Shown here: positions 22,005 through 33,245 of the stretch, in pieces
Layout: each line of letters opens with the position of its first letter
Numbering within the stretch: the first letter of the stretch is position 1
From: Escherichia phage UoN_LDJ77_1
Length of the DNA stretch: 64,000 nt
Direction: 5' to 3' (one strand)
Sequence record: OK570375
Program-made: the position numbers and the translations under genes
The notes under the pieces: model-generated
The model's input: only the letters and a program-made list of their open reading frames with translations
Told to the model about the DNA's origin: nothing
Database searches by the model: none

Positions 22005-25000
22005 ATGGCCGAGATTAAAAGAAAGTTCAGAGCAGAAGACGGTCTGGACGCAGGTGGCGATAAAATAATCAACGTAGCTTTAGCTGATCGTACCGTAGGA
22101 ACTGACGGTGTCAACGTTGATTACTTAATTCAAGAAAACACAGTTCAACAATACGATCCAACTCGTGGATATTTAAAAGATTTTGTAATCATTTATGATA
22201 ACCGCTTTTGGGCTGCTATAAATGATATTCCAAAACCAGCAGGAGCTTTTAATAGCGTACGCTGGAGAGCATTACGTACTGATGCTAATTGGACAACTGT
22301 TTCATCAGGACCTTATCAATTAAAGTCAGGCGAATCAATTTCAGTTAACACCGCAGCTGGAAATGACATCACGTTTACTTTACCATCTACTCCAATTGAT
22401 GGTGATACTATCGTTCTCCAAGATATTGGAGGAAAACCTGGAGTTAACCAAGTTTTAATTGTAGCTCCAGTGCAAAGTATTGTAAACTTCAGAGGCGAGC
22501 AAGTACGATCAGTACTAATGACTCATCCAAAATCGCAGATAGTTTTAATTTTTAGTAATCGTCTGTGGCAAATGTACGTTGCTGATTATAGCAGAGAAGC
22601 TGCAATTGTAACACCGGCAAGTCTTTATCAGGCGCAATCTAACGATTTTATCGTGCGTAGATTTACTTCCGCTGCGCCGATTAATATTAAACTTCCGAGA
22701 TTTGCTAATCACGGCGATATTATTAATTTCGTCGATTTGGACAAATTAAATCCACTTTATCATACAATTGTTACTACATACGATGAAACAACTTCAGTGC
22801 AAGAAGTTGGAACTCATTCCATTGAAGGCCGTACGTCGATTGATGGTTTCTTAATGTATGATGATAATGAAAAATTGTGGAGATTGTTTGACGGGGATAG
22901 TAAAGCACGTTTACGTATTATAACAACTAATTCTAGTATTCGTCCAAATGAAGAAGTTATGGTATTTGGAGCGAATAACGGAACAACCCAAACAATTGAA
23001 CTTCAGCTTCCAACCGATATTTCCATTGGTGATACTGTTAAAATTTCCATGAATTATATGAGAAAAGGACAAACAGTTAAAATCAAAGCTGCCGGTGAAG
23101 ATAAAATTGCTTCTTCAGTTCAATTGCTGCAATTCCCAAAACGTTCAGAATATCCACCTGAAGCTGAATGGGTGACTGTTCAAGAATTAGTTTTTAACGG
23201 CGAAACTAATTATGTTCCAGTTTTACAGCTTGCTTATATAGAAGATTCTGATGGAAAATACTGGGTGGTACAACAAAACGTTCCAACAGTTGAAAGAGTT
23301 GATTCTTTAAATGATTCTACTAGAGCAAGATTAGGCGTAATTGCTTTAGCTACACAAGCTCAAGCAAATGCTGATTTAGAAAATTCTCCGCAAAAAGAAT
23401 TAGCAATTACACCAGAAACATTAGCTAACCGTACTGCTACAGAAACTCGTAGAGGTATCGCAAGAATAGCAACTACTGCCCAAGTGAACCAGGATACTAC
23501 ATTCTCTTTTGCTGATGATATTATCGTCACTCCTAAAAAGCTGAATGAAAGAACTGCCACAGAAACTCGTAGAGGTGTTGCTGAAATTGCGACGCAGCAA
23601 GAAACTAACGCAGGTACTGATGATACTGCAATCATCACTCCTAAAAAGCTTCAAGCTCGTCAAGGTTCTGAATCATTATCTGGTATTGTAACCTTTGTAT
23701 CTACTGCAGGAGCTACTCCAGCTTTTAGTCGTGAATTAAATGGTACAAACGTTTATAATAAAAACACTAATAATTTAGTTGTTTCGCCTAAAGCTTTGGA
23801 TCAGTATAAAGCTACTCCAACACAACAAGGTGCAGTAATTCTAGCAGTCGAAAGTGAAGTAATTGCTGGACAAAGCCAAGAAGGATGGGCAAATGCGGTT
23901 GTAACGCCAGAAACGTTACATAAAAAGACATCAACTGATGCAAGAATTGGTTTAATTGAAATTGCTACGCAAAGTGAAGTTAATACAGGAACTGATTATA
24001 CTCGTGCAGTCACTCCTAAAACTTTAAATGACCGTAAAGCAACTGAAAGTTTAAGTGGTATAGCTGAAATTGCTACGCAAGTTGAATTCGACGCAGGCGT
24101 CGACGATACTCGTATCTCTACACCATTAAAAATTAAAACCAGATTTAATAGTACTGATCGTACTTCTGTTGTTGCTCTGTCTGGATTAGTTGAATCAGGA
24201 ACTCTCTGGGACCATTATACCCTTAATATTCTTGAAGCAAATGAGACACAACGTGGTACACTTCGTGTGGCTACACAAGTTGAAGCTGCTGCAGGAACAT
24301 TGGATAATGTTCTAATAACTCCTAAAAAGCTTTTAGGTACTAAATCTACTGAAGCACAGGAAGGTGTTATTAAAGTTGCAACTCAGTCTGAAACTGTGGC
24401 TGGAACGTCAGCAAATACTGCTGTATCTCCAAAAAATTTAAAATGGATTGTGCAGAGTGAACCAACTTGGGCAGCAACTACTCTGATAAGAGGGTTTGTT
24501 AAAACTTCATCTGGTTCAATTACATTCGTTGGTAATGATACCGTTGGTTCAACGCAGTCATTAGAATTATACGAGAAAAATAGTTATGCAGTATCGCCAT
24601 ACGAATTAAACCGTGTATTAGCAAATTATTTGCCGTTAAAAGCAAAAGCTGTAGATAGTAATTTACTGGATGGTCTAGATTCATCTCAGTTCATTCGTAG
24701 GGATATTGCACAAACGGTTAATGGTTCACTAACCTTAACACAACAAACGAATCTGAGTGCCCCTCTTGTATCATCTAGTACTGCTACGTTTGGTGGTTCA
24801 GTTTCGGCAAATAGTGTACTAACTATTTCTAATACTGGAACAGAAACTCATCTGATTTTTGAGAAAGGACCTCAAACTGGAACTAACCAAGCGCAGACGG
24901 TGACTATTAGAGTGTGGGGTAATCAATTTAGTGGGGAATCAGACACAACACGTTCTACTGTATTTGAAGTTGGTGATGAAACGTCTAATCATTTTTATTC

Positions 25001-25874
25001 TCAGCGCAATAAAGCTGGAAATATAACATTTAATATCAACGGTACGGTAACACCTATAAATGTTAATGCTTCAGGAACATTGAATGCAAATGGTGTAGCA
25101 ACATTTGGTAATTCAGTCACTGCAACTGGTGAAATTATTTCTCGAAGCGCAAATGCTTTCCGTGCTATTAGCGGAAATTATGGTTTCATTGTTCGCAATG
25201 ACGGGTCAGTAACGAATTTTATGCTTACTGCATCGGGTGATCAGACTGGCGGATTTAATGGATTGCGTCCTTTAGCTATCAATAATGCATCTGGTCAAGT
25301 AACGATTGGCGAAAGCTTAATCATTGCCAAAGGTGCTACTATAAATTCAGGCGGTTTGACTGTTAACTCGAGAATTCGTTCTCAGGGTACTAAAACATCT
25401 GATTTATATACCCGCGCACCAACAACTGATACTGTAGGATTCTGGTCAATTGATATTAACGATTCAGCCACTTATAATCAGTTCCCGGGTTATTTTAAAA
25501 TGGTTGAAAAAACTAATGAAGTGACTGGACTTCCATACTTAGAACGTGGTGAAGAGGTTAAATCTCCTGGTACACTGACTCAGTTTGGTAACACACTTGA
25601 TTCGCTTTACCAAGATTGGATTACTTATCCAACAACTCCAGAAGCGCGTACCACTCGCTGGACACGTACATGGCAGAAAACCAAAAACTCTTGGTCAAGT
25701 TTTGTTCAGGTATTTGACGGAGGTAACCCTCCTCAACCGTCTGATATTGGTGCTTTACCATCTGATAATGCTATAATGGGTAATCTTACTATTCGTGATT
25801 TCTTACGAATTGGTAATGTTCGCATTATTCCTGACCCAGTGAATAAAACGGTTAAATTTGAATGGGTTGAATAA
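22005..25874 (+). CDS. 34: long tail fiber proximal subunit gp34 (1289 aa)
   Basis: Size, N-terminal sequence and position ahead of 35-36-37. Confidence 0.95.
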   Translation: MAEIKRKFRAEDGLDAGGDKIINVALADRTVGTDGVNVDYLIQENTVQQYDPTRGYLKDFVIIYDNRFWAAINDIPKPAGAFNSVRWRALRTDANWTTVSSGPYQLKSGESISVNTAAGNDITFTLPSTPIDGDTIVLQDIGGKPGVNQVLIVAPVQSIVNFRGEQVRSVLMTHPKSQIVLIFSNRLWQMYVADYSREAAIVTPASLYQAQSNDFIVRRFTSAAPINIKLPRFANHGDIINFVDLDKLNPLYHTIVTTYDETTSVQEVGTHSIEGRTSIDGFLMYDDNEKLWRLFDGDSKARLRIITTNSSIRPNEEVMVFGANNGTTQTIELQLPTDISIGDTVKISMNYMRKGQTVKIKAAGEDKIASSVQLLQFPKRSEYPPEAEWVTVQELVFNGETNYVPVLQLAYIEDSDGKYWVVQQNVPTVERVDSLNDSTRARLGVIALATQAQANADLENSPQKELAITPETLANRTATETRRGIARIATTAQVNQDTTFSFADDIIVTPKKLNERTATETRRGVAEIATQQETNAGTDDTAIITPKKLQARQGSESLSGIVTFVSTAGATPAFSRELNGTNVYNKNTNNLVVSPKALDQYKATPTQQGAVILAVESEVIAGQSQEGWANAVVTPETLHKKTSTDARIGLIEIATQSEVNTGTDYTRAVTPKTLNDRKATESLSGIAEIATQVEFDAGVDDTRISTPLKIKTRFNSTDRTSVVALSGLVESGTLWDHYTLNILEANETQRGTLRVATQVEAAAGTLDNVLITPKKLLGTKSTEAQEGVIKVATQSETVAGTSANTAVSPKNLKWIVQSEPTWAATTLIRGFVKTSSGSITFVGNDTVGSTQSLELYEKNSYAVSPYELNRVLANYLPLKAKAVDSNLLDGLDSSQFIRRDIAQTVNGSLTLTQQTNLSAPLVSSSTATFGGSVSANSVLTISNTGTETHLIFEKGPQTGTNQAQTVTIRVWGNQFSGESDTTRSTVFEVGDETSNHFYSQRNKAGNITFNINGTVTPINVNASGTLNANGVATFGNSVTATGEIISRSANAFRAISGNYGFIVRNDGSVTNFMLTASGDQTGGFNGLRPLAINNASGQVTIGESLIIAKGATINSGGLTVNSRIRSQGTKTSDLYTRAPTTDTVGFWSIDINDSATYNQFPGYFKMVEKTNEVTGLPYLERGEEVKSPGTLTQFGNTLDSLYQDWITYPTTPEARTTRWTRTWQKTKNSWSSFVQVFDGGNPPQPSDIGALPSDNAIMGNLTIRDFLRIGNVRIIPDPVNKTVKFEWVE

Positions 25875-25882
25875 GAGGTATT

Positions 25883-27001
25883 ATGGAAAAATTTATGGCA
25901 GAGTTTGGACAAGGATATGTCCAAACGCCATTTTTATCGGAAAGCAATTCAGTAAGATATAAAATAAGTATAGCGGGTTCTTGCCCGCTTTCTACTGCAG
26001 AAGGACCATACGTTAAATTTCAGGATAATCCTGTAGGAAGTCAAACATTTAGCGCAGGCCTTCATTTAAGAGTTTTTGACCCTTCCACCGGAGCATTAGT
26101 TGATAGTAAGTCATATGCTTTTTCGACTTCAAATGATACTACATCAGCTGCCTTTGTTAGTTTCATGAATTCTTTGATGAATAATCGAATTGTTGCTATA
26201 TTAACTAACGGAAAGGTTAATTTTCCTCCTGAAGTAGCATCTTGGCTAAGAGCCGCGGGAACGTCTGCTTTTCCATCTGACTCTGTATTGTCAAGATTCG
26301 ACGTATCATATGCTGCTTTTTATACTTCTTCTAAAAGAGCTATCGCATTAGAGCATGTTAAATTAAGTAATAGAAAAAGCACAGATGATTATCAAACTGT
26401 TTTAGATGTTGTATTTGACAGTTTAGAAGACGTCGGAGCTACCGGGTTTCCAAGAAGAACATATGAAAGCGTTGAGCAGTTTATGTCAGCGGTTGGTGGA
26501 ACTAATAACGAAATTGCACGTCTACCAACTTCAGCTGCTATAAGTAAATTATCTGATTATAATTTAATTCCAGGCGATGTTCTTTATCTTAAAGCACAAC
26601 TATATGCTGATGCCGATTTACTTGCTCTTGGAACTACGAATATATCCATTAGATTTTATAATGAATCGGATGGATATATTTCTTCAACACATGCTGAGTT
26701 TACTGGTCAAGCTGGGTCATGGGAATTAAAGGAAGATTATGTAGTTGTTCCTGAAAATGCGGTAGGATTTACGATATATGCGCAAAGAACTGCCCAAGCA
26801 GGTCAAGGAGGCATGAGAAATTTAAGCTTTTCTGAAGTATCAAGAAATGGCGGCATTTCAAAACCTGCTGAATTTGGCGTCAACGGTATTCGCGTTAATT
26901 ATGTCTGTGAATCTGCTTCGCCTCCAGATATAATGGTACTTCCTACACAAGCATCGTCTAAAACTGGTAAAGTGTTTGGACAAGAATTTAGAGAAGTTTA
27001 A
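25883..27001 (+). CDS. 35: long tail fiber hinge protein gp35 (372 aa)
   Basis: 372 aa, T4 gp35-like sequence. Confidence 0.95.
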   Translation: MEKFMAEFGQGYVQTPFLSESNSVRYKISIAGSCPLSTAEGPYVKFQDNPVGSQTFSAGLHLRVFDPSTGALVDSKSYAFSTSNDTTSAAFVSFMNSLMNNRIVAILTNGKVNFPPEVASWLRAAGTSAFPSDSVLSRFDVSYAAFYTSSKRAIALEHVKLSNRKSTDDYQTVLDVVFDSLEDVGATGFPRRTYESVEQFMSAVGGTNNEIARLPTSAAISKLSDYNLIPGDVLYLKAQLYADADLLALGTTNISIRFYNESDGYISSTHAEFTGQAGSWELKEDYVVVPENAVGFTIYAQRTAQAGQGGMRNLSFSEVSRNGGISKPAEFGVNGIRVNYVCESASPPDIMVLPTQASSKTGKVFGQEFREV

Positions 27002-27006
27002 ATTGA

Positions 27007-27033
27007 GGGAGCCTTCGGGTTCCCTTTTTCTTT
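27007..27033 (+). terminator. hairpin plus T-run after gene 35 (GGGAGCC-TTCG-GGTTCCC)
   Basis: 7-bp stem with one G-U pair, TTCG loop, TTTTTCTTT tail. Confidence 0.55.
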
Positions 27034-27040
27034 ATAAATA
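27033..27040 (+). promoter_or_regulatory. late promoter TATAAATA for genes 36-37
   Basis: Exact TATAAATA 24 nt upstream of gene 36 ATG. Confidence 0.6.
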
Positions 27041-27063
27041 CTATTAAAATAAAGGGGCATACA

Positions 27064-27720
27064 ATGGCTGATTTAAAAGTAGGTTCAACAACAGGAGGCT
27101 CTGTCATTTGGCATCAAGGAAATTTTCCATTGAATCCAGCCGGTGACGATGTACTCTATAAATCATTTAAAATATATTCAGAATACAATAAACCACAAGC
27201 TGCAGATAACGATTTCGTTTCTAAAGCTAATGGTGGTACTTATTTAAATAAAGTAATTTTTAATAAAGGAATGACTGTTCCCGGCGCGGGGTCAGGTGAT
27301 AATGGTATTTTTGCTGGTCCTGGTGATAGTGCCACGTATGATACTACAAATATGGATATTGTTTCGTGGTATGGTATTGGTTTTAAATCATCACAGGGTT
27401 CAGCGGGTAGAACTGTAGTAATTAACACGCGAAATGGAGATATTAGCTCAAAGGGTGTAATTGAAGCATCACAAATACGCGCAACTTCATTATCTCCAGT
27501 AAATAATTATGACCTTACACGGAAAGATTATGTTGATGGAGCAATAAATATTGTTACAGCAAACGCAAACTCTAGGGTATTACGCTCTGGAGACACTATG
27601 ACAGGAAATTTAACTGCGCCAAACCTTTTTTCACAGAATCCTGCATCTCAACCCTCACATGTTCCACGATTTGATCAAATTGTTATTAAGGATTCTGTTC
27701 AAGATTTCGGCTATTATTAA
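27064..27720 (+). CDS. 36: long tail fiber distal connector gp36 (218 aa)
   Basis: N-terminus MADLKVGSTTGGSVIWHQG as in T4 gp36. Confidence 0.95.
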   Translation: MADLKVGSTTGGSVIWHQGNFPLNPAGDDVLYKSFKIYSEYNKPQAADNDFVSKANGGTYLNKVIFNKGMTVPGAGSGDNGIFAGPGDSATYDTTNMDIVSWYGIGFKSSQGSAGRTVVINTRNGDISSKGVIEASQIRATSLSPVNNYDLTRKDYVDGAINIVTANANSRVLRSGDTMTGNLTAPNLFSQNPASQPSHVPRFDQIVIKDSVQDFGYY

Positions 27721-27728
27721 GAGGACTT

Positions 27729-30700
27729 ATGGCTACTTTAAAACAAATACAATTTAAAAGAAGCAAAACTGCAGGAGCACGTCCTGCCGCTTCAGTATTA
27801 GCCGAAGGTGAATTGGCTATAAACTTAAAAGACCGTGTACTTTTTACTAAAGATGACCAAGGAAATATTATTGATCTTGGTTTTGCTAAGGGCGGTAGTA
27901 TTGACGGGAATGTTATTCATATAGGAAATTATAATCAAACTGGTGATTATACTTTAAATGGCACCTTCACTCAGACAGGTAATTTTAATTTAACTGGTAT
28001 TGCTCGAGTAACTCGCGATATTATTGCCGCCGGGCAAATTATGACTGAGGGCGGAGAACTTATTACAAAAAGCTCAGGTACATCACATGTTCGTTTTTTC
28101 GATAACAATAGCCGCGAACGTGGAATCATTTATGCCCCGGCTAATGATGGTTTAACTACACAAGTACTTAATATCAGGGTTCAAGACTACGCCGCTGGTG
28201 ATGAAAGCACCTATGCATTTTCGGGCAGTGGCCTATTTACTTCACCTGAAGTATCAGCATGGAAATCTATTTCGTCTCCACAAATTCTGACCGATAAAGT
28301 TATTACAAATGGGAAGAAGACAGGCGATTATGATATCTATTCATTATCAAATAACACTCCATTGGCAGAAAGCGAAACGGCTATTAACCACCTCCGTGTT
28401 ATGCGAAATGCTGTAGGAGCAGGTATTTTCCACGAAGTTAATGTTAATGACGGAATAACCTGGTATTCCGGAGATGGCTTAGACACTTATCTTTGGTCGT
28501 TTACCTGGTCCGGTGGGTTGAAAGCGGGTCATTCTATTTCTATAGGTACCCCAGGCGGTCCAAAAGGATATTCTGAATTAGGAACTGCTTCGATTACTCT
28601 TGGTGATAATGACACCGGGTTAAAATGGCATCAGGACGGATATTATTTCAGCGTTAATAATGGAACAAAAACATTTTTATTTAGTCCTAGTGAAACAACT
28701 AGTCTAAGAAAATTTGTAGCTGGATATTCTACTAACGGAACCGATTTAACGACTCCTCCAACTGAAAACTATGCTCTTGCTACTGTCGTGACATATCACG
28801 ATAATAACGCGTTTGGAGATGGTCAGACTCTTTTAGGATATTATCAAGGCGGTAATTATCATCACTATTTCCGCGGTAAAGGTACTACAAACATTAATAC
28901 TCACGGCGGTTTGTTAGTTACTCCTGGTAATATTGACGTTATTGGTGGTTCTGTTAATATCGATGGTAGAAATAATGCTTCTACACTGATGTTTAGAGGT
29001 AACACGACCGGAGCTAGTTCAGTTGATAATATGACAATTTCTGTGTGGGGCAATACGTTTACTAATCCTAGTGTAGGTAATCGTAAAAACGTCATGGAAA
29101 TTTCTGATGCAACTAGTTGGATGAGCTATATTCAAAGACTTACAACAGGTGAAGTAGAAATGAACGTTAACGGTTCATTTGAATCATCTGGTGTTACTGC
29201 TGGAAATAGAGGAGTTCACACAACAGGCGAAATTTCATCTGGGGCTGTGAATGCACTTCGCATTTGGAATGCAGATTATGGAGCCATTTTTAGACGTTCA
29301 GAAGGTAGTCTTCATATTATTCCAACTGCTTATGGTGAAGGCAAAAATGGTGATATCGGTCCACTTCGCCCGTTTAGTATGGCTTTAGATACCGGTAAAG
29401 TTACTATTCCAGATTTACAATCAAGTTATAACACGTTTGCTGCAAATGGCTACATTAAATTTGCTGGTCATGGGGCTGGTGCCGGTGGTTATGATATTCA
29501 GTATTCACAAGCTGCTCCTATTTTCCAAGAAATCGATGATGCTGCTGTAAGCAAATATTATCCTATTGTTAAACAGAAGTTTTTAAACGGTAAAGCCGTT
29601 TGGTCTTTAGGTACTGAAATTAATTCAGGTACTTTTGTTTTACATCATTTGAAAGAAGATGGTTCACAAGGCCATACATCAAGATTTAATGCTGATGGTA
29701 CAGTTAATTTCCCCGATAACGTTCAGGTCGGCGGCGGTGAAGCTACTATTGCTCGTAATGGTAATATTTTCTCAGATATTTGGAAATCGTTTACTTCTGC
29801 GGGAGAAATCACAAATATTCGCGATGCAATAGCTACTCGTGTTTCTAAAGAAGGCGACACGATGACTGGTAAATTGACTTTATCGGCAGGCAATGATGCT
29901 CTCATTTTAACTGCGGGCGAAGGTGCTTCATCACATATCCGTAGTGATGTAGGTGGTACAGGTAACTGGTATATAGGCAAAGGCGGCGGCGACAATGGTC
30001 TAGGTTTTTATAGTTACATTACACAAGGCGGTGTATACATAACAAATAACGGCGAAATATCGCTTTCTCCTCAAGGTCAAGGAACATTTAATTTTAATAG
30101 AGACCGCCTTCATATAAACGGTACACAATGGGTTGCGCACCAAGCTGGTGATTGGGGAAACCAATGGCGACAAGAAGCGCCAATATTTGTAGATTTTGGC
30201 AATGTCGGTAATGATAGTTATTACCCGATTATCAAAGGAAAATCTGGTATTACTAATGAAGGATACATATCTGGTGTTGATTTTGGTATGCGACGCACTA
30301 CTAACCAATGGGCTCAGGCTATTATCCGTGTTGGTAACCAGGAAAATGGTTCTGACCCACAAGCTATCTATGAATTTCACCACAATGGAGTTCTGTATGC
30401 TCCTAATATGGTTCAAGCTGGAGCAAGATTATCAGCTGGTGGAGGTGATCCGGTATGGCAAGGCGCATGCGTTGTTATTGGTGATAATGATACTGGATTA
30501 GTTCATGGCGGTGATGGACGAATTAACATGGTTGCAAATGGAATGCATATTGCTTCATGGTCTTCATCCCATCATGAACACACTGGGCTTTGGGGTACCG
30601 ACGGCGCGTTTTGGACTGAAACCGGAAGAGCTATTATTTCATTTGGACATTTAATTCAACAGAATGACAGTTATTCAACATATGTCCGCGATGTTTATGT

Positions 30701-31040
30701 CCGCTCTGATATTCGTGTCAAAAAGGACCTAGTTAAATTTGAAAATGCTTCTGAGAAGCTTTCAAAAATTAACGGTTACACTTATATGCAGAAGCGAGGC
30801 CTAGATGAAGAAGGTAATCAAAAATGGGAACCTAACGCAGGTTTAATTGCTCAAGAAGTTCAAGCTATTTTGCCAGAATTAGTTGAAGGTGACCCGGATG
30901 GTGAAGCTTTACTTCGTTTGAATTACAACGGTGTAATCGGTTTAAATACAGCTGCAATCAATGAGCATACTGCAGAAATTGCAGAACTTAAGTCAGAGAT
31001 TGAAGAGCTTAAAAAGTTAGTCAAATCATTGTTAAAATAA
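27729..31040 (+). CDS. 37: long tail fiber distal subunit gp37 (1103 aa) with C-terminal intramolecular chaperone domain
   Basis: gp37-like N-terminus; C-terminal region with GLIAQEV motif and coiled coil. Confidence 0.95.
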   Translation: MATLKQIQFKRSKTAGARPAASVLAEGELAINLKDRVLFTKDDQGNIIDLGFAKGGSIDGNVIHIGNYNQTGDYTLNGTFTQTGNFNLTGIARVTRDIIAAGQIMTEGGELITKSSGTSHVRFFDNNSRERGIIYAPANDGLTTQVLNIRVQDYAAGDESTYAFSGSGLFTSPEVSAWKSISSPQILTDKVITNGKKTGDYDIYSLSNNTPLAESETAINHLRVMRNAVGAGIFHEVNVNDGITWYSGDGLDTYLWSFTWSGGLKAGHSISIGTPGGPKGYSELGTASITLGDNDTGLKWHQDGYYFSVNNGTKTFLFSPSETTSLRKFVAGYSTNGTDLTTPPTENYALATVVTYHDNNAFGDGQTLLGYYQGGNYHHYFRGKGTTNINTHGGLLVTPGNIDVIGGSVNIDGRNNASTLMFRGNTTGASSVDNMTISVWGNTFTNPSVGNRKNVMEISDATSWMSYIQRLTTGEVEMNVNGSFESSGVTAGNRGVHTTGEISSGAVNALRIWNADYGAIFRRSEGSLHIIPTAYGEGKNGDIGPLRPFSMALDTGKVTIPDLQSSYNTFAANGYIKFAGHGAGAGGYDIQYSQAAPIFQEIDDAAVSKYYPIVKQKFLNGKAVWSLGTEINSGTFVLHHLKEDGSQGHTSRFNADGTVNFPDNVQVGGGEATIARNGNIFSDIWKSFTSAGEITNIRDAIATRVSKEGDTMTGKLTLSAGNDALILTAGEGASSHIRSDVGGTGNWYIGKGGGDNGLGFYSYITQGGVYITNNGEISLSPQGQGTFNFNRDRLHINGTQWVAHQAGDWGNQWRQEAPIFVDFGNVGNDSYYPIIKGKSGITNEGYISGVDFGMRRTTNQWAQAIIRVGNQENGSDPQAIYEFHHNGVLYAPNMVQAGARLSAGGGDPVWQGACVVIGDNDTGLVHGGDGRINMVANGMHIASWSSSHHEHTGLWGTDGAFWTETGRAIISFGHLIQQNDSYSTYVRDVYVRSDIRVKKDLVKFENASEKLSKINGYTYMQKRGLDEEGNQKWEPNAGLIAQEVQAILPELVEGDPDGEALLRLNYNGVIGLNTAAINEHTAEIAELKSEIEELKKLVKSLLK

Positions 31041-31071
31041 TAAGAGGGGCTTCGGCCCCTTGGAGGTTTAT

Positions 31072-31845
31072 ATGGCAGTTGAAGGACCGTGGGTAGGATG
31101 GTCTGCGAGGGTACAAACTGGAGACCCTTGGATGGGTGGTGCCGCACAGAGATTGAGAATGGGAATTCCGTTTTGGATGAGTAATATGATAGGTCGATCT
31201 GTTGAAGTAATTCACACACTTGGAGCAGACCATAACTTCAATGGTCAATGGTTCCGAGATAGATGTTTTGAGGCAGGTAGTACACCTATAGTGTTTAATA
31301 TCACTGGAGATTTAGTATCATATTCTAAAGATGTTCCTTTATTCTTCATGTACGGAGATACACCGAATGAATATGTTCAACTGAATATACATGGTGTAAC
31401 GATGTATGGCCGTGGCGGGAATGGCGGTAGCAATAGTCCTGGCTCAGCTGGGGGTCATTGTATTCAAAATGATATTGGTGGGAGACTAAGAATTAATAAT
31501 GGTGGAGCTATTGCAGGCGGCGGTGGCGGTGGCGGCGGCGGTAACTACGGTAGACTATCATTTGGTGGTGGTGGTGGTCGCCCATTCGGTGCTGGCGGGT
31601 CTTCCTCTCATATGGGTGCTGGTGCAACCGCTGGCACCATTTCCGCTCCGGGTGCAGGATCTGTCGGTGAGGGGTCTCTTTGGGTATATACAGGCGGGAA
31701 TGGCGGTGAAGTTGGCTCAGCAGGAGGTAGATGTAATATTCATGGGAACGGTACAGAATATAACGGTGGTGCTGCTGGTTATGCCGTCATAGGGTCTACA
31801 CCGACATGGCAAAACGTTGGAGCAATATATGGTCCAAGAGTATAA
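31072..31845 (+). CDS. 38: tail fiber adhesin gp38, T2-type with glycine-rich motifs (about 257 aa from ATG)
   Basis: Poly-Gly tracts separating variable segments; GGAGG SD before ATG at 31072; track start at 31060 is a TTG. Confidence 0.85.
   Translation: MAVEGPWVGWSARVQTGDPWMGGAAQRLRMGIPFWMSNMIGRSVEVIHTLGADHNFNGQWFRDRCFEAGSTPIVFNITGDLVSYSKDVPLFFMYGDTPNEYVQLNIHGVTMYGRGGNGGSNSPGSAGGHCIQNDIGGRLRINNGGAIAGGGGGGGGGNYGRLSFGGGGGRPFGAGGSSSHMGAGATAGTISAPGAGSVGEGSLWVYTGGNGGEVGSAGGRCNIHGNGTEYNGGAAGYAVIGSTPTWQNVGAIYGPRV
31516..31578 (+). repeat. (GGN)n simple-sequence tracts encoding poly-glycine in gp38
   Basis: ggcggcggtggcggtggcggcggcggt (31516..31542) and ggtggtggtggtggt (31564..31578). Confidence 0.8.
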
Positions 31846-31875
31846 TTTGAATAAATATCCTTAAAAGGAGGGTCT

Positions 31876-32532
31876 ATGGCAGCACCTAGAATATCATTTT
31901 CGCCCTCTGATATTCTGTTGGGTGTTCTAGATCGCTTGTTCAAAGATAACGCTACCGGGAAGGTTCTTGCTTCCCGAGTAGCTGTCGTAATTCTTTTATT
32001 TATGATGGCGATTGTTTGGTATAGGGGAGATAGTTTCTTTGAGTACTATAAGCAATCAAAGTATGAAACATACAGTGAAATTATTGAAAAGGAAAGAAAT
32101 GCACGCTTTGAATCTGTCGCCCTGGAACAACTCCAGATAGTTCATATATCATCTGAGGCAGACTTTAGTGCGGTGTATTCTTTCCGCCCTAAAAACTTAA
32201 ACTATTTTGTTGATATTATAGCATATGAAGGAAAATTACCTTCAACAATAAGCGAAAAATCACTTGGAGGATATCCTGTTGATAAAACTATGGATGAATA
32301 TACAGTTCATTTAAATGGACGTCATTATTATTCCGACTCAAAATTTGCTTTTTTACCAACTAAAAAGCCTACTCCCGAAATAAATTACATGTACAGTTGT
32401 CCATATTTCAATTTGGATAATATCTATGCTGGAACAATAACCATGTACTGGTATAGAAATGATCATATAAGTAATGACCGCCTTGAATCAATATGTTCTC
32501 AGGCGGCCAGAATATTAGGAAGGGCTAAATAA
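31876..32532 (+). CDS. t: holin T (218 aa)
   Basis: 218 aa, one N-terminal TM segment, large periplasmic domain; AAGGAGG SD. Confidence 0.9.
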   Translation: MAAPRISFSPSDILLGVLDRLFKDNATGKVLASRVAVVILLFMMAIVWYRGDSFFEYYKQSKYETYSEIIEKERNARFESVALEQLQIVHISSEADFSAVYSFRPKNLNYFVDIIAYEGKLPSTISEKSLGGYPVDKTMDEYTVHLNGRHYYSDSKFAFLPTKKPTPEINYMYSCPYFNLDNIYAGTITMYWYRNDHISNDRLESICSQAARILGRAK

Positions 32533-32805
32533 TTATTTGTTTGTATACATCTCTAGATATCGATATACACCCTCAAAACCCTCGTTGAATTCGTCGATGA
32601 GGGTTTTCTTATCTTCTTGGGTTAATTCAGAAACAATTTTACGGAATGAATTCTGATTTAACTTTCTACCTTCATGCGTTACTCCAATCTCATTCAGAAA
32701 TGCGATAAAATTAGCACGATTCTCAACAATATCTTCTCTGGAAAATTTAATCAAAATAGACGCAACAGTAATAATTTCACGAACTGTATCAATGTTTTTA
32801 TTCAT
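32533..32805 (-). CDS. asiA: anti-sigma-70 factor AsiA (90 aa)
   Basis: 90 aa; sequence recalled as T4 AsiA. Confidence 0.9.
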   Translation of the reverse strand: MNKNIDTVREIITVASILIKFSREDIVENRANFIAFLNEIGVTHEGRKLNQNSFRKIVSELTQEDKKTLIDEFNEGFEGVYRYLEMYTNK

Positions 32806-32817
32806 TAACTATACCAC

Positions 32818-32970
32818 TCAATTAGTTGACTTTATTATAATATCATCAGACACTTGATTTGTAAACTGGTCTGTGTTATTTTCTTCAAAAATTTTTTCTA
32901 CGAATTCCTTGAACGACTCACGTTCCTGAGCTACATTATGCTCGATTACCTTTTCAAGATTATGACTCAT
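32818..32970 (-). CDS. possible small ORF (50 aa) between arn and asiA
   Basis: ATG overlaps arn stop (ATGA); overlaps a GTTTAC...TATAAT early promoter, so may be non-coding. Confidence 0.3.
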   Translation of the reverse strand: MSHNLEKVIEHNVAQERESFKEFVEKIFEENNTDQFTNQVSDDIIIKSTN

Positions 32971-33245
32971 TCAAAATAATCTTCAATTTCGTAATCATGG
33001 ACATAAATCATTATAGTTTTTAATACATCATCAATACTTTTTCCTGGAGCTGGAATTACGTAAAAATATCCTGCTTTTGAGAGGTCTTTATAAGTTCCAA
33101 CCAAGAAATCATTATTCTCAAGATGTAGTTCTTCAACTAATTCATTAACAATTGAGTGGTATAAATTTGGTAGAAACTTATATAGCTTTTCTAGAATATC
33201 AATTTTGATTGTGTATTGAACCACAGACTGAGAATCAATAATCAT
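32967..33245 (-). CDS. arn: Arn anti-restriction (McrBC inhibitor) protein (92 aa)
   Basis: 92 aa, position between motA region and asiA. Confidence 0.8.
   Translation of the reverse strand: MIIDSQSVVQYTIKIDILEKLYKFLPNLYHSIVNELVEELHLENNDFLVGTYKDLSKAGYFYVIPAPGKSIDDVLKTIMIYVHDYEIEDYFE

Noticed and set aside
23360-23663. Minus-strand ORFs inside gene 34
   Set aside because: Antisense to gp34 repeat region; a by-product of repetitive codon composition.
29723-30416. Minus-strand ORFs (90-138 aa) inside gene 37
   Set aside because: Antisense to a well-supported 1103-aa tail fiber gene, with no RBS and no operon context.
31499-31792. Alternative-frame plus-strand ORF (97 aa) within gene 38
   Set aside because: Arises from the GC-rich (GGN)n tract read out of frame; gp38 frame is supported by homology.
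31841-31857. Late promoter for holin t (TATAATTT / AATAAATA)
   Set aside because: Neither element matches TATAAATA exactly; t may be read through from the gene 38 transcript.
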